Shown here: positions 26,202 to 40,469 of the stretch, one piece after another
Layout: every line of letters starts with the position of its first letter
How positions within the stretch are numbered: the stretch's first letter is position 1
NCBI GenBank assembly: GCA_951406725.2
Contig: OX597814.1
Location: 221,836,001 to 221,900,000, forward strand
Direction: 5' to 3'
Source of the DNA: Octopus vulgaris
Lineage: Eukaryota
DNA length: 64,000 nucleotides
The notes under the pieces: model-generated
Told to the model about the DNA's origin: nothing
The model's database searches: none
Seen by the model: only the letters and a program-made list of their open reading frames with translations
Translations under genes and position numbers: made by a program

Positions 26202-28395
26202 CGTTTCCGGTGTTGGACGTGCTTTTTGCTTGTCTGTAAGTCGGACGTTTTGTTGATTGTTGAATTTATTCATTATCGGATGTGTTAACCGTCTGCCATT
26301 GTTGTGGATTGTTGTTGGTCTTTGAAAGTCTCTGTGCTGTTTCTCGGTGCCCGGAAGCGGAAATTGCATTTTTTTGTAAAGCCATTTTGGCAATTGTTAG
26401 TTGTTGCTTGTTTGAGGATTGAACTCGTAAAGGCCGTTGTGGGCTTTATTGTTGCACCCCCACCCCCCCAGTGGGGATGGGATTTAAACTGTTGGGAAAA
26501 AAAACTATTATAGGTTTCCCTTTTTAGGGAATTTTAAAATTATTTTTTCGTGTGAAGAATTAATTTCGGCCGAGTATGTCGGTCGAAATAATTCATGAAG
26601 AAAGTAAACTGGAGGAGCCAGTGAAAAAGGTTTCGGCAGTTGCCGCAGTGGCAATTGAAAATGTCACATTACTGAAAGAGAACGAATGAAGGAGGAAGGA
26701 TGGGATATGAAGATATCACCCTCCTCCAATGTCGAAGAATTAAAACGGCGGACAGTCGTTTTTAAAACGTACTGTCCGTCAACCAAAAAGTTTAAACACT
26801 TTGAACAGTGCAAAATCGAAAAATGTCCGGCCCCCATATGGAAAGAGCTAAAATACATAGCGAAGGGCCGGACATATGCCACGATAGAAGCAAGATTCGA
26901 AAACGAAGAAAAGGCGCAAGAGCACTTGGCGAGCCCACTGAAAACGAAGAAAGTGGTGCTTCTGCCAACCTATATGAGGAGGCGAACTGCCCGCATAAAT
27001 ATGGCAGAGGTACCACCTGAAATCGAAGCTTGGAAAGTAATGGCTGCCCTGTTGTACAACAGGACAGACAAAATAAAATTTTTGCAGATTACATGCACTG
27101 CCCCCAAAATTGGCTCGAGCAGAGCATTTCAACAATCATCCAGGTGGCTCAGGAACACATCGAAATGCTTCCAGACCGAGTGCTTTTGGGTGAAGATACA
27201 GTGTTAAGAATCCACGTGGAAAGAAAGAAACCAAAATGTTACGAATGTGGTAAATAAAAGCCACATTCGTGTAAACTGTGAGCAATGGCTCAAGAAAGTG
27301 ACGCATACACCAGGCCCTGCAACTATTCAAAAAGACCCCAAACCCGCACACACATTAACCCCCACAGAAACAAAAATTCCTACTCCCCTATCTGTGGTGC
27401 CCGCCCCCAAACATGATACTCCCAAAACCAAGCCCAAGCAAACACAGGCCCAGACAACACCAAATACACCCACCCTTCTAAAGTGATACCAGAACGCATA
27501 ACTCCCCCAGAGGTCACCATGGAGGTGGTCGTGGGGGAGTTCATGGTAGTTCGGAAACGAACTCACGAACCTTCCCCATCCACATCCCCCACAAAAGAGA
27601 AAAAAGCAGCACCTCACCACAAACAATAAAAAGGCCCCAGTCCCATTGCCCTAAGAAAAGAACGGGAAAAAGACACCAAAATTTTGGTAGAATATAATAC
27701 CAACGATCGATATGTAGATCAAATTATAATAGAACACCACACTACTGAACCTTTCCCACAATACAGGGATTTAAACGAGAGATGCGCCTGGATAGATGAT
27801 ACACTATACAGGGAAGTGAAGGAGAGGCATCCAAAGACTATCAGAATGATTTTGGACCTGCCCAGCTATTTGAAGAAGAAGGAGAAGGAAGGGGCTGCCT
27901 CACATGTTGTGAAGTTAGCCCCAACATCACCAGTTAACGGTAAATAGAGTCCTTGATATTTTTCCCATTGTTTTAATGGCTGCACTTAAACTTGGATGTT
28001 TGAATGTGCTTTGTCTGAGCTTGAAGTGGAAGAAAGCCTGTTTCCTCGAGGACCTCAGATCACACGATAAGCATGTGATAGTTGCTACATCCTGAATGGC
28101 TATGAGAAAACCATGTGTCCTAGCCTGACTGGAGGTCGAGGTGGGTAGTTGTAATGATCCGAAAAGGCTTGGCTCTGCAGACAAGTACAGTTTATGTAGA
28201 TCTAGAAGGTGGGCTGGTCGTCCTTGATGTGACATATAGCAGTAAGGCCTTCAGGTTGATCGGTATCTATGCACCTTGTGCTAGAGGATTTCAAACTGAT
28301 TTTTATCGGCACCTAGAGAACTTTCTCGTGATGCCGAAGACATTAGTGGTGTTAGGAAACTTAAACGCTATCGTTGACACACGCATTGATAGCGT
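26202..28395 (+). mobile_element. Tx1/L1-group LINE 5' part: 5'UTR, ORF1 with CCHC knuckle, start of ORF2 APE endonuclease
   Basis: ORF1 pieces 26686-27486 with CYECG...H....C across a frameshift; ORF2 start MAALKLGCLNV at ~27976; FRLIGIYAP...LVVLGNLNA (APE motifs). Confidence 0.85.
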
Positions 28396-28810
28396 TAGCC
28401 GCGATGCTCTGCCTGAGCCAGTTTCGGTTTGGAGCAGAGCGTGTCACTTGCAGGATTTGTACTTTTTCCTCTCTAATGAATAACAGGGCGGCCATCACCC
28501 ATACGGCATCAAATTCCGGTGGTACTTCCGTCACCTTGACACGGGATGTCCGCTGCCCCGTATAGGTCAGCAGATGCACCCCTTCCTTCGATTTTTAAGG
28601 GCTTACAGACTGCTCGCGTGCCTTCTCTACAGTCCTAAACCTGGCTTCTACTGTGCCAAATTTTCTCTCTCTTGTAACATAAATGATGTCATTCCAAATA
28701 GGAGCAACTCATTTTTCAATTTTGTTCTTGTCAATATGTACTATCTTATTTTCGTCTGAGCAAAACGTTTTAAAAACAATGGTTCTGTTTTCCTTTTTTG
28801 GATGCCTTTC
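28396..28810 (-). mobile_element. Inverted ORF1 fragment of a related Tx1-like LINE
   Basis: RTIVFKTF...RTSRVKVTEVPPEFDAVWVMAALL...NWLRQSI is homologous to RTVVFKTY...RTARINMAEVPPEIEAWKVMAALL...NWLEQSI. Confidence 0.8.
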
Positions 28811-29026
28811 CTTCAGTTATACACATTGCAAAATTTGCAATTAAAAATGATTATCACGTTTAATTTTTAAATTAAAAAATATATATATAATTTTTAACCG
28901 CATGACATTTGTATATTATCATCCGAAACATTTTCATTCGTGGTAAAACAATTTCTTCGTCCTCTATGTTTGTCCTCCGTGTTTGTCCCATCTGCGTAAG
29001 GCTTTGATAGCCAATTTTATGAAATA

Positions 29027-29540
<514 letters not shown>

Positions 29541-29660
29541 TTTTTTTTTCTTAGATCCGAAGTTCAGAAAAAAATTTAAATAGGCCTAATTTGCATAAAA
29601 ATTATACTTGTATCATTATTGTGTTTCTGATGGAGAAGTCTCATACAGAAGACTATATAT

Positions 29661-29887
29661 TATTTACATTATTTACATTTGGCGGGTATTTGACGTCATC
29701 TTCTTTGTTGTTAACACAACGTTTCGGCTGATATACCCTCCAGCTTTCATCAGGTGTCTTAGGGAAATTTCGAACCTGGGTTTCCCCAAGACACCTGATG
29801 AAAGGTGGAGGGTATATCAACCGAAACGTTGTGTTAACAACAAACACGATGAAGACAAATATCCGTGAAATATAAATAATGTACATA
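29661..29887. mobile_element. Palindromic Penelope-derived element with divergent minimal hammerheads (29713-29758 minus; 29790-29835 plus)
   Basis: Arms 29661-29767 and 29781-29887; each has gacac-CTGATGA...GAAA-CG-TT-gtgtt. Confidence 0.8.
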
Positions 29888-30094
29888 TTTCCCCATCTCT
29901 TAAATATAGAACTGTATTACAGAACACTATGTTCGTCTCTGTTTCCTGTTCAACATTAGTTCATAAATGAAGAAACATTGATATGTACTTTCTTTATTTA
30001 AACTTAACAATGTTAAAGAACATAATTTTAAATTCCCTCTATATTCATCGTTTCAATTGTAGAAATGTTAGCAGAAGTTGCTGAGCGATACATA

Positions 30095-30292
30095 CTGGCT
30101 TCACATTTTGGCACAAGGCCAACTATTTCGGAGCTAGGAGTAAGTCGATTACATAGACTCTTATTTTATCAACCCCGAAAGGATGAAAGGCAAAATCGAC
30201 ATCGGCAGAATTTGAAATCAGAACGTAAAGACGGAAGAAATGCCGATAAGCATTTTGTCTGGAACGGTAACGATACTGCCAGTTTGCCGCTT
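30095..30292 (-). mobile_element. SINE family C
   Basis: tttatcaaccccgaaaggatgaaaggcaaaatcgac... is the reverse complement of the family C core. Confidence 0.8.
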
Positions 30293-31669
30293 TCCTGAGC
30301 AATACATATTGGATAGTAAATTTTGTTTCAAATCTTGTCAAGAAATAGACGAGACTGAAAGGACTTCGAACACATCAATCTTAGATATATTTTTATCAGA
30401 AGTTCATGAATTACTTTTTACTTTTTAAAATGTTCGCTATCGTTAGTTTAATTTTTCTGCCTTGAGCATTCTGCTTTCTTTCGTCTATTATTATTACATG
30501 GCACATAATTTTCTAGCAAGTTAATCATTTCGTCTACATTTCCTCTACAAAATTTATGTTTCTGAAGTTAAAGAGACCTTAACCATTAACTTCAGGCTGC
30601 TCATATTTTTGTTTGCTATCAAAGCATTGTTTACACAAATTTCAATTCAATTCCATCTCATAAAATATACAGTCGAGCTGTACAAAAGTTTTTCTTTTGG
30701 AAAAGGTGATGATGGAGTGATTACGCACAATTTCGGTCCTCAATGTTTAGATATGCTGCGGCCAAATGAATACTGGTCAGTCAACATAGCGGAGACGAAA
30801 AGTTCATAATTCAATAAAATGGAAAAACACTTATGGAGCAAAGCCACCTTTCATCGACCGACTGGTGCAATGGAAAATCGTTATTTTCTTCACATTTTTC
30901 ATTGGTCTGTTGAAATTCTCAGCGGTCGTCTGTTGTACCACCAACTGGTTGTTCTCTGAAAAGCCTTAAGCCAAATCTCATACGTATTAGGTCGTTTGTA
31001 CAATAGTTGGTATTGTTCAATGAGTCTCGATAAATCCGGTCTTAATTTTAGAGTTATTTGTAGACATACTTATAGTTTTTATTTTAATGTGAAGAAATTT
31101 CAACTTTATTGTTTAAGCTGTCTTCTTTCATTTTATCTGATGTAGCGGAACGTGTCTTCATAAGTAATGATTTACAGAACAGAGAAGGCAGCCGACAAAA
31201 CACATCAAATCACACAGCAGGCAAGCGGAAAAATAAAATAATTTAAAAGTAAATAAGATAAATTGTATTGCAGCATTGTAAGGAAAAGAAATGGGATACG
31301 GTACTCGAATTTCGTTGAATGTAGTTAGTGTTCAAAAATAAAAGCGCTTACGAAATATATCTCACAAAAATAATGAGGATATTATTTAAAAGACGAATTC
31401 AAAACAAATAAGGAAATATATAAATAAATAGTTCTTATAACGTCGAGCAGGGAGTGGGGAAGGTGGGACAAAACTATGAATAGTATTTCATGAAAAACAA
31501 TATATATATATATATATTTTTAAATCATCATTTATTATAGTAGAGATGGAAAACTTCAGCTGACAAATAAACGAAAAGAAAACATTCGTTTATGAAAGAG
31601 TGTTAGAAAGTGATGTTATGCAATAATTTTTAAACATTTAAGGTACTTGACTAAGCGAAGCTGTTTACA

Positions 31670-32150
31670 TTTTCATTAAGGTCCTTATAGTTTATTTTCA
31701 GAGAATCTGAAGAATATGTGAGTAGCTCAAAGGTAGACGATTGTAACCTAACACATGGTTTCTTTGTGGACGAGCTGAATTTGTATGCCAAAAATATGAA
31801 CGATAGGAAGAAGAGATTTCACCTTATGACTCTTTCAAAAGACACAGAATTGGAGCTTCGTCAAGGAAAATGCTCTTAACAGTTTGTAAAAGAAGGAAAA
31901 TTAGAAGCTAGTCAAACAGCATCTCAGTCATTAGCTAAATTATTTCTCCGATAACCCACACAGAACGCTTGGAGTACCTAAGGATAGATGAAATTTATTG
32001 TAGAATGGCATTTGTAATAAAAAAAAGACAAACTAAGGGAAATTACAAATGGATTGAAGGATCTTATATTCAAAGCTTTCTTATAGGCAATGAATTAATG
32101 GCCGACGACCTGTTTACTGACAACACTCATAACAACATTTGAGCTACTCA
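31670..32150 (+). mobile_element. Degraded R4/Dong-group RT fragment
   Basis: DCNLTHGFFVDELNLYA (YxDD region), G..F...KC and YL.I motifs. Confidence 0.55.
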
Positions 32151-33946
32151 CTTAGACCCGAATCTTATTTTAAACCTCAAAGACTACTACCAGAAATTTC
32201 TGTATTTCTAGTGTCTGTACCTAAAAAAGAAAAGAAAGAGGCAGAGCCATTGAAAGTTACATTACCAAACCAAACCACACCACAAACCAAACCACACCAA
32301 TCTATTGGTGGAGTGAAGGCCGATCTCTTCTATAACGCCTGCTAATCAACAAAGAACTGACATAGATTACATCTGCATGCATGGATTAAGATGTTCGATT
32401 TTCTTTCCTGATGTCATTTTGAGTATGATGCTTTTTACCATAGTCGATCAAGTCTTGTGAATTAAATTGGGAAGGTGTAAACTGTATAGATGTTCGTCGA
32501 TCGGATTATGCTTGTAATTCAAGGCCCCTTTCTTGTCATATATTTTGCCATTATTTTTTGTGAGAATTCCACAGTACGTGTCTATAATATTATTCAGGTA
32601 ATTATTCATGGTAATTAACGAATCAGCGGTATTCTATTCTACTTGAGCGAACAATTGAGAACAATGACATCAAAGCGACAATGAATCTATTGTGCATGAT
32701 CTTTCTGCTTTCGAGCTGAAATTCTTACGTTTCACTTTTGTTAAAATCCTTCGGAATGATTGTAAACATTAAAACCCAAGGTACTCTATATATTGGACCT
32801 ACAATTAGTTCATTCGAAGATGTGTTATTTTTGCATTAATGGAACAGAAAATAACAAATCACCAAATGTTCAAAAGCTGAAGGATAGATAAAAACTGAAT
32901 GTAAAACTATCAAACACTATAGTTAATACAGAATATATAACCCAAACCACAAACAAGTATCTGAAAATGTCACCACGATATATAACTGCCTATGAAGCAT
33001 GAAGTAATGTCGTAAACTTTAAATACAATTCGTAGAAAGTATAAACTTGGAGATCAAATATACGGCTTTACTTAGAGAGTATACACATTCTTAATTTAAA
33101 AGTATGCTGGTGTCATTTTCTTATCTAAATTTCTGTACAAATCACGAAATATAACGAAGTGGGACAGAGTAAAGGAAGAGAGCACAGTTGTCGAATCAGT
33201 TGCCCAGCCGATGTTTAGCACATTAAAAATAAAAGAGAAAGAAAATACATATGTCAAATTAATGAGAAATCTGCAGATGCTTCTACATTCGAACAACGGC
33301 TTTAGATTTATAATTTTGATCACTGGGAACTTTGTTATGAGCTAACTTTCTCAGCGCCGTTACTGAGAAATTGAACTTCACAAATCAGAAAAGACACGGC
33401 CAATTACAAAATTACAATTACATGCCATTAATGGAACTGTAATTATATCTAAAACAATCTAGAAGTGAACTGTGTATAATGTACATATACTCGTGTATGG
33501 TCATTCAAACGTTATATGCTTGTATGTGTCTGCTTTGTACGTAGGCTAACATATAAAGATTTGCACACTCTGTTTATACGCGCATACACACATGCATATG
33601 TATGCAGATATATAGATAATTCCCACATGGTTATCTAGTTGCTGTTCTCTAAATTAAATGAAAGAATCTTGTTTCTGAATTGCACAACATATCATTTTCT
33701 ATTAGTGAGAAATTGGAAAAATAAAACTACAACCGCACATACACATCTACCTAAAGACATACATACATGCTTACATAGATACAGGCTTACGTACACACGT
33801 GCATTCATGCATACATATATAATGCTTTCGTAGTGTTAGTGCTAGTACCAACATTTAAGATGCCAGACTAGGCTCTTGAAGAGACCCTAAACTTGTACAT
33901 CATAACAATGAGGACACTAACTACCATTGGCAACTCCCCTATCGAC

Positions 33947-35359
33947 AATTCCTATCAGTCACTATCAATGTGGTAGGCATGTATTTTATGTCAAATCAAT
34001 TCCCGGGATTTCTGAATATGTGGGTTAGGTAGTGTACGCTTATGTGTAGAGATATGCGTAGGCATACTTGATGTAATGTAATGGGTGAGTATGTTCCGTT
34101 TCTTCACAACCTTTACAAATAGACGGATGGAGACAGAGCAGGCCTGTCCAGATAGCTTTTGAGTGCTACATTGTATTAGATAGAAAACACCTATCGAACA
34201 ATAAAGGGAGAAAGAATTACCACTTGTGTACTCAATAGCAAAAATAATAACTTCATGAGAGTAGGTTATGAACTCCTGAAAAGTACATAAATGTGCAGCT
34301 TTTCCATGTGAACCAAAAGAAACTCGGAGGAAGATATATATTAATTTCTATTTGGCAAAAAGTTATGTTTGGTTACATATCCTGCGAGTTAGAAAATGTC
34401 AACCACATTCACAGTGTAGATCACGTATTCTGATCTAAACTGTATTCTGATACATCAATTCCGTGCTATTCAAGGACAGGAGATAGCTACAGAATACCCG
34501 ATGAAGAAAAGAGGTAAGGAAGTCTCTAAACATTTTCGTTGTCGATTGCGCCATACCAGTGTGGAATAAAACAGCTACATCATCAGAAGCTACCATAAAA
34601 TATCCGTAATGTACTATCTCCCTATTAGACATGACATTGTTGCTGAAACTATTTACAATGCTATCCGCAGGAAGGATAGCTCTCACAAACGAACACTAAA
34701 ATCACTCTTATACCACACTGTAAAATGACAAATGCTAGTGGAACATTCCACTAAAAACATCAACATAACACAAACACGATAGGTCTGATATTATTTTATA
34801 GGAAAGAGAACAAAAGTCGTGCAATATTGTCGAGTTTAGCTACCCAGTGGATATGAATATCTAAACTCTAACAATACATAAAAACATCTATATTAAACAA
34901 ATGTGAAACTTATGGCTTTTGTATCCGAGCTATAGATTTTCGTTTCTACAAAGTGTTAAATATGCACTGGGCTATATAACAATATATTTGAATATGATTC
35001 CTGGAAAATCGAGGTTTTCCAGCAAATACCAAATGAGACTGATTTGCATCCTCCAAGGACAATCGATAGAATATGTAAAGCATTCAACGATTCTCCATTT
35101 GAGTATCGGTGAAGGAAAATATGGTGAAATGCGTGTATATATGGGTCACACAAAAACGTACATAAAGAACAATGAATCAGCAAACCTTTGTAAAGGTTGT
35201 GAAGAAACGGAACATACTCACCCATTACATTACATCAAGTATGCCTACGCATATCCCTACACATAAGCGTACACTAACTAACCCACACATTCAGAAATCT
35301 CGGGAATTGTTTTGACCTAAAATACAGGCTTACCACATTATTAGTGACTGATAGGAATT
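33947..35359. repeat. 173-bp inverted repeat (33947-34119 / 35187-35359)
   Basis: Direct comparison: gcatacttgatgtaatgtaatgggtgagtatgttccgtttcttcacaacctttacaaa pairs exactly with its counterpart; the outer part has mismatches. Confidence 0.9.
34120..35186 (+). mobile_element. Degraded R4/Dong-group LINE 3' region
   Basis: CRLRHTSVE, YYLPIRHDIVAETIYNAIRRK, WNIPLKTS, VEFSYPVD fragments. Confidence 0.7.
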
Positions 35360-36365
35360 CTAGAAATAACTTAAATCCCAAATATACAAATACCTCCATA
35401 GTTACCATTACCTACAATTAAAAGAAGTTCAGAAGAATTTCTCCAAATTCTCTAAGTTATCATTAGACAACTAACGTTTCTTTGACCAGAGTAAAGTAAA
35501 CGAGAACACTCTCATACTAAATCTTATTCAGAGTATCACAGGGGGAGTCTATCTGAAAATATGTGATAACACATTTTGGACAATCAACACCTACTTCTAT
35601 TCAGTTTCCATGAGTACGAAAGGGCACCTAGGTGATATCTGTTCAGCACATGGTAATGATATTAAATGCAGACTGCAGGTGTATAAAAGACGTTGACGAA
35701 AATCATCAATAGCTTACACCGGGTGGTGAAAATAAACGTTCTATTCTCAGGAAGATCTTAAGTACTTTTGATATAAAGATCAGCAGTCGGAAAGAATTAT
35801 TTCTATAAGAATGCATCGTGATTAAACAGAATCAAACAGGAATACTATATCACATCAACAGTACAACTAACACAATCTTTAAACTTTAACCAATACTGTG
35901 GGAAAGCTGCGTAATTAGAAGACATCAGGGAGATATTTAATTGTTAGTTACTGGCATAAAAGCTTCACGTTCTACTGAAAGTGGCAAATATTTAATATTA
36001 GAAAAAAAAACCTGTGAAAGATTAGATTAACAGTTTAAAAATAAGAATGGGACAGCAGCTAGATAAAGAAATATTCTTGCCAAGTCAACTCCATTGTTTC
36101 TGTATAAATTTCGTACAAACTGTTTAAACTTACTAAACAACGTTTGATAATAAATCTATACAGCCCAAAGTAAGAAAAACAGCAAAAATCTTGCGATAGG
36201 AGGCATGAATTTAATCTCATTCTCCAGTGAGTTACTGGAATCACACTACGTTTCTGACAAAACAAAGATCTCAAATGCCTTGGCAATAGTTTTTGCACTT
36301 GTGACTAAAAGTAGGATGGTTGTAGTTGATATCATTAAATCTCTTCTAATGTTTTACAAAAGTAA

Positions 36366-36580
36366 GGCGGTGAACTAGCAGAATTGTTACCGTACCGGCG
36401 AAAATGCTTAGCATCGCTTCTTCCGATTTACGTTCCAAGTTTACATGCCGCTAGGGTTGACTTTGTTTTTCATTTTTTCGGGGTCGATAAAGAATGTTCC
36501 AGTTGAACACTGGGGTCAATGTAATCGACTCACATCCTCCTCCGAAATTGGTGGCCTTGTGCCAAAATTTTAAACCAATA
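36366..36580 (+). mobile_element. SINE family C
   Basis: ggcggtgaactagcagaattgtta...ggggtcgataaa...cactggggtcaatgtaatcgact. Confidence 0.8.
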
Positions 36581-37731
36581 TTTTACAAAAGTCCGTTAGT
36601 TAATCACTAATATTTAAACCTGCAAGAGATACTAATATAATCCATAATTTCTTTGTGAACACCAAAAGATCGACATTAGAAATATACATTGCTGAGAAAA
36701 ATATGGAATTTTTCCTTCTTATAAAAAGATGGAATTATACCTGACGAATGGAATTAAATTTGGCGGGTGGAATTATACATGGTGTCTGCAAAATTATTTT
36801 CTAAATCCAAAATAATTTTATTATTGGTTACTCTAGCTTCCTTATTCTACACGGTGACATCTAGAAATATTCAGGTGCCATCGAAATTCGCTACAAGCAA
36901 AAAATGGAGTGGTCAAATGTTTCTAAACTAGATTTCAAAATAAATATGTTTCTTAGAGCTTTCCTAATATAAATGGATCACATTCTTTAATGTATTTGCA
37001 ACAGCAGCACTGACCAGCATATATGAGAATTCATTTGATTGGTGTTCAGAAGAAAGTCTCTCCATAAAAATTAAATTCAACTAATGAACCTGATAGCAAG
37101 TCTCAGAAGAAAATGCAGAAAATTATTTCAGTGCTCCTTTGATTGCCATATGTTATGAATCAAACAGAATCTGCTAAATAGCAACAAAGCCCAATGCATC
37201 AACAGTGAAGACAACAAAATGTGACGGGTTGGGAACGAACTGCATTAAAGATATTTACCTCCCGAATACTTTCAGTAAAACTTCAGAATTTTTGGACTCA
37301 CGAAACTCAACACAGACCTGCAAGAGAAACACTGCATGCAAAAGATAAATAAATAAAAACGAAATAAGGCTATATTTGCGTTTGTGTTCGTAGATCTGAG
37401 GAAATTGGTAGGATGTATTGCCTCTCTTAAATGTATAACACTTCAAATGTATGCTTCTGGAATGCGAGTATAGAAAATCATCAAAAAATACTCGTTGACA
37501 AATAAATAAATAAACAAAACAAAACAAACTAAAAGGATGGTCTGAAACCATTGATATGTAACTGATGATATCTGTTATGACAGCTCAGATCAAGATATTA
37601 CAAGATGTGGTTAGCAGTTTCTCCGCAATAAACTTTTAATTTCGTTTGCAGCATAATGAAAGTATTCCTGGAACAAAACGTAATACTAACCGTAGGAAGG
37701 AAAGCTATAAGATGAATATAAAGATATTTAA

Positions 37732-38195
37732 GGCGGCGAGCTGGCAGAAACGTTAGCACAGTGGGCGAAATGTTTAGCGGTATTTCGTCTGTCTGTACGT
37801 TCTCAGTTCAAATTCCGCCGAGGTCGACTTGGCCTTTCATTCTTTCGGGGTCTATAAATTAAGTACCTATTTCTTTATTACCCACAACGGGATAAACATA
37901 GAGGGGACAAACAAAGACAGACATAGGTATTAAGTCGATTACATCGACCCCAGTGCACAACTGGTACTTAATTTATCGACCCCGAAAGGATGAAAGGCAA
38001 AGTCGACCTCGGCGGAATTTGAACTCACAACATAACGACAGACGAAATACGGCTACGCGTTTCGCCCGTGCTAACGTTTCTGCCAGCTCGCCGCCTTCTA
38101 TAACTTAAGTACCATTTGCGTACTGGGGTCGATCTAATCGACTGGTCTTCCTCCACCTAAATTTCGGACCCTGTGCCTAGAACAGAAAAGAATAT
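37732..38195 (+). mobile_element. SINE family C, split by a nested copy
   Basis: 5' half 37732-37867 and 3' half 38097-38195, joined through the duplicated tctataa(a/c)ttaagtacc. Confidence 0.88.
37868..38096 (-). mobile_element. Nested SINE family C copy with an alternative 3' tail
   Basis: Opposite orientation; 17-bp TSD with one mismatch; tail ...cctctatgtttatcccgttgtgggtaataaagaaata. Confidence 0.88.
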
Positions 38196-38433
38196 AAGAA
38201 TATTTCTTATGTTGAGTACGCACGTATATAATTACAGAATGAAACTTCTACCAAGTGCATTGATAACATGAGTGCAATTAATAACATGAGAACAAAACAA
38301 AAAAGAAAAGAAGCTGAGAGAGAAAGTAATAGTTATAGAAGCCGAGTGTTCAGTTAACTCCAATTTTGCAATTTAGTCTCAAAGTGAAAGAGATAAATAA
38401 TCAAAGCTTTTCTAAAATTTCTATCAGTCTCTT

Positions 38434-38464
<31 letters not shown>

Positions 38465-38494
38465 GTATTTATATATACCTACTATATATACACT

Positions 38495-38554
<60 letters not shown>

Positions 38555-38599
38555 TATAAATAAATAAATAAATAAATAAAGATATATACTGTATATAGG

Positions 38600-39400
38600 T
38601 AGTACTGGATGTGTTGCTGTCATTCTTGTGGTTGGCATAGTGGAGATACGTTCCTCATTACTCTAATCAAGTCTGCTACGAGGATGTTGATTTTGGTAGT
38701 ACTTGACATCGCTGAGTTACTACGGATTATCTGCGGATTAGCCATAGGTTTACAATAGTATTAGTGGAGTAAACAGTGTTTAACAGTTCTGTTAATCATA
38801 GTATTTTCTATCCACAGTTCAGCATCTAGGACCTGGTGTGTCTAGAGGTGTAGTCTACAGTAACCTTTATACTGCTAAGGATAGAGTCAGCTAAGTGTTG
38901 TACAGTTGTCATCATCTGTTCTTTGTTTAGTGGAGTGTCCATATGTGTATTACGTTTCACGACAAGGTTAATGTCGTCATCGTATCGAGAGTACATAGCT
39001 GAATGGATATTACGGGTCGCTAGGCATTGCTTAAAATGTCTGTCTCACCATACCATGAAGAGGTTGGCAACATCACCGGCGATCCCTGCACCAATAGCAC
39101 GGCCTTTCATCTGTTTATATAGTTTATTATTTAACTTTAAAATATGTCTTTTAAGAGTAGCGTGTGCAACAGTAGTTTTGATGTCGTGTATATCTGAAGG
39201 TGGGTGGTCTCGTTTTGTTTAGCCGTGCCAGCATTCACTGTGGGTCTTTTTGTATGCCGAGGTAATGGTAGGTGGTCTACCTCGCTTGTTACTGGTGGGA
39301 CCAGCATATACCAGGTTTTGTGTGACAGATATACGTCGGTACAAGTTAGGGTCAGGAAGAGGCCTAGTTCATATACGTCCATATTTGTAATATACGTACA
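38600..39400 (-). pseudogene. Penelope-like element reverse transcriptase and thumb fragment
   Basis: Minus: QMKGRAIGAGIAGDVANLFMVW*D...MYSRYDDDINL...SIKVTVDY...YYCKPMAN...SAMS...ILVADLIRVMRN. Confidence 0.8.
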
Positions 39401-40099
39401 TCTCTGTAATTCCGAAAGCTTGAGCCAAGCTACCATAACTCTGACGAAAGTCGTTACTTGTTGCTTGAAAAAAAAAATAACAGCTAAGCAACATCTTCAT
39501 TTCATTAGACACTTCATCTCACTGAAGGTTGTATAATTTAAGACTACACGTATACATGTGAGTGTGTATACGTGTTTATATGATTGTGTGTTATTGTACA
39601 TTTGTTTAGGTAGGTTTATATTTCCATGTATATATCTAAGACATTGTATCCATTAACCTTTAGACGGTGGTGAGAGGAAGATAATATATACCCCTCCTTT
39701 TTCTATAGGCTACTTCTGACGTTATATCATATAACGTTTTTTCAAATAATATTAATTGCGTTCTGTAAATCACTATACATATCCATCATTTTCTGTTAAA
39801 ATGTCTTATTTACGAATTTCATTTCTTCATTTCCCTGCAGAGAAGATTACATTGTTTTACATCATTTATTCCTTTGGAATAATATCAGTGATATCTTCGA
39901 AACATGTGTCGGAAATAAAAGTATTTGAATTATACCTGCGTTAAATTCCTATTATTTATTTATATATTATACAAAAATTCCACGTAACCCGAAGTAAAAA
40001 CAAGGAGTTACAGCCTCTTTACTTGTGTGATTTTTTGCTACCCTGGTAACTATTTATCTATATTTTCCGTGCTAATTGTTAACAAGGGAAAATACACAC

Positions 40100-40179
<80 letters not shown>

Positions 40180-40180
40180 G

Positions 40181-40224
<44 letters not shown>

Positions 40225-40469
40225 GAGTCCTACTCAACTTCTCTCTTCATTGATACCCCGATGCAATCTGTACCCTGTATATATTACAAGCAGAGGACTT
40301 CTACTATCCTCCAGCCACGTAACATGAGACCGTACGGTTTCGACCTCATTGTGATCATCCTCGAAATCAGTTCGTCTTGGTGATGGAAAAAAGCACCTCC
40401 TTATAGGTGTTACAAATATGTATATACGAATGTGCGCGCACACACACACACACAAACATAAGCACTACC

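Noticed and set aside
39405-39460. GAAAGCTTG..CAAGCTA..CTGACGA as a type II hammerhead
   Set aside because: Stem III is good, but stems I and II cannot be formed convincingly.
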